DNA from: Candidatus Wildermuthbacteria bacterium RIFCSPHIGHO2_02_FULL_45_25 | Lineage (GTDB): Bacteria; Patescibacteriota; Minisyncoccia; Minisyncoccales; UBA10102 | Assembly: GCA_001823215.1 (NCBI GenBank) | Contig: MHTV01000045.1 | Span: 1 to 44,017, forward strand | Direction: 5' to 3' | DNA length: 44,017 bases | Shown here: positions 44,014-44,017 of the stretch, in pieces | How positions within the stretch are numbered: the first letter of the stretch is position 1 | Layout of the letters: the number at the start of each line of letters is the position of its first letter | Made by a program: the position numbers and the translations under genes | The notes under the pieces: generated by a model | The model's database searches: none | What the model was told of the DNA's origin: nothing | Seen by the model: only the letters and a program-made list of their open reading frames with translations

Positions 44014-44017
44014 CGGG

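Noticed and set aside
1-44017. Alternative genetic code (UGA recoding, as in some CPR lineages)
   Set aside because: All conserved genes are intact under the standard code. TGA terminates the xer gene at a position consistent with full-length homologs, and I noticed no in-frame TGA in conserved domains.

Overview
This 44 kb window looks like a core-genome segment of a small, streamlined bacterial genome. It is densely packed, mostly on the minus strand, and uses the standard genetic code (TGA is the stop of the xer gene at 6767-6769). Several housekeeping proteins lack domains: RpoA has no alpha-CTD, AlaRS has no C-Ala domain, ProRS has no INS domain, and S4 lacks its N-terminal region. That pattern fits a Patescibacteria/CPR-like organism, but the taxonomic call is inference only.

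Recognisable content:
- Cell wall and division genes: murD (partial), ftsW, murG, murA, and two mreB paralogs.
- Aminoacyl-tRNA synthesis: gltX, pheST, proS, alaS, and a split gatB / gatCA.
- A dTMP cluster: DHFR-like, dut/dcd-like, tmk, dcd, thyA.
- secE-nusG-rplK, and gyrB.
- A three-tRNA cluster (CAU, CAU, Asp).
- rseP, frr, holB, and mnmA.
- The ribosomal block infA-rpmJ-rpsM-rpsK-rpsD-rpoA-rplQ-rplM-rpsI.

I saw no rRNA, CRISPR array, transposase or obvious defence or toxin genes.

The most interesting signal is non-coding. Four copies of a roughly 120-165 nt nested-hairpin element sit exactly at gene boundaries. They share a conserved core, carry many compensatory (structure-preserving) substitutions, and have long arms that differ in sequence between copies but pair within each copy. 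I cannot assign this family to any known class from memory.

Secondary observations:
- A dif-like 28-bp site next to a single Xer-type recombinase gene, which is bracketed by direct arm repeats.
- A recurring promoter architecture (consensus -35/-10 placed 6-9 nt from the ATG) that implies leaderless mRNAs.
- A self-contained small gene (66-aa basic Trp/His/Gly/Cys-rich ORF, or an ncRNA) downstream of rpsI.
- An atypical CAU tRNA with A8 and C33.
- A dUTPase-fold paralog that appears to lack catalytic residues.
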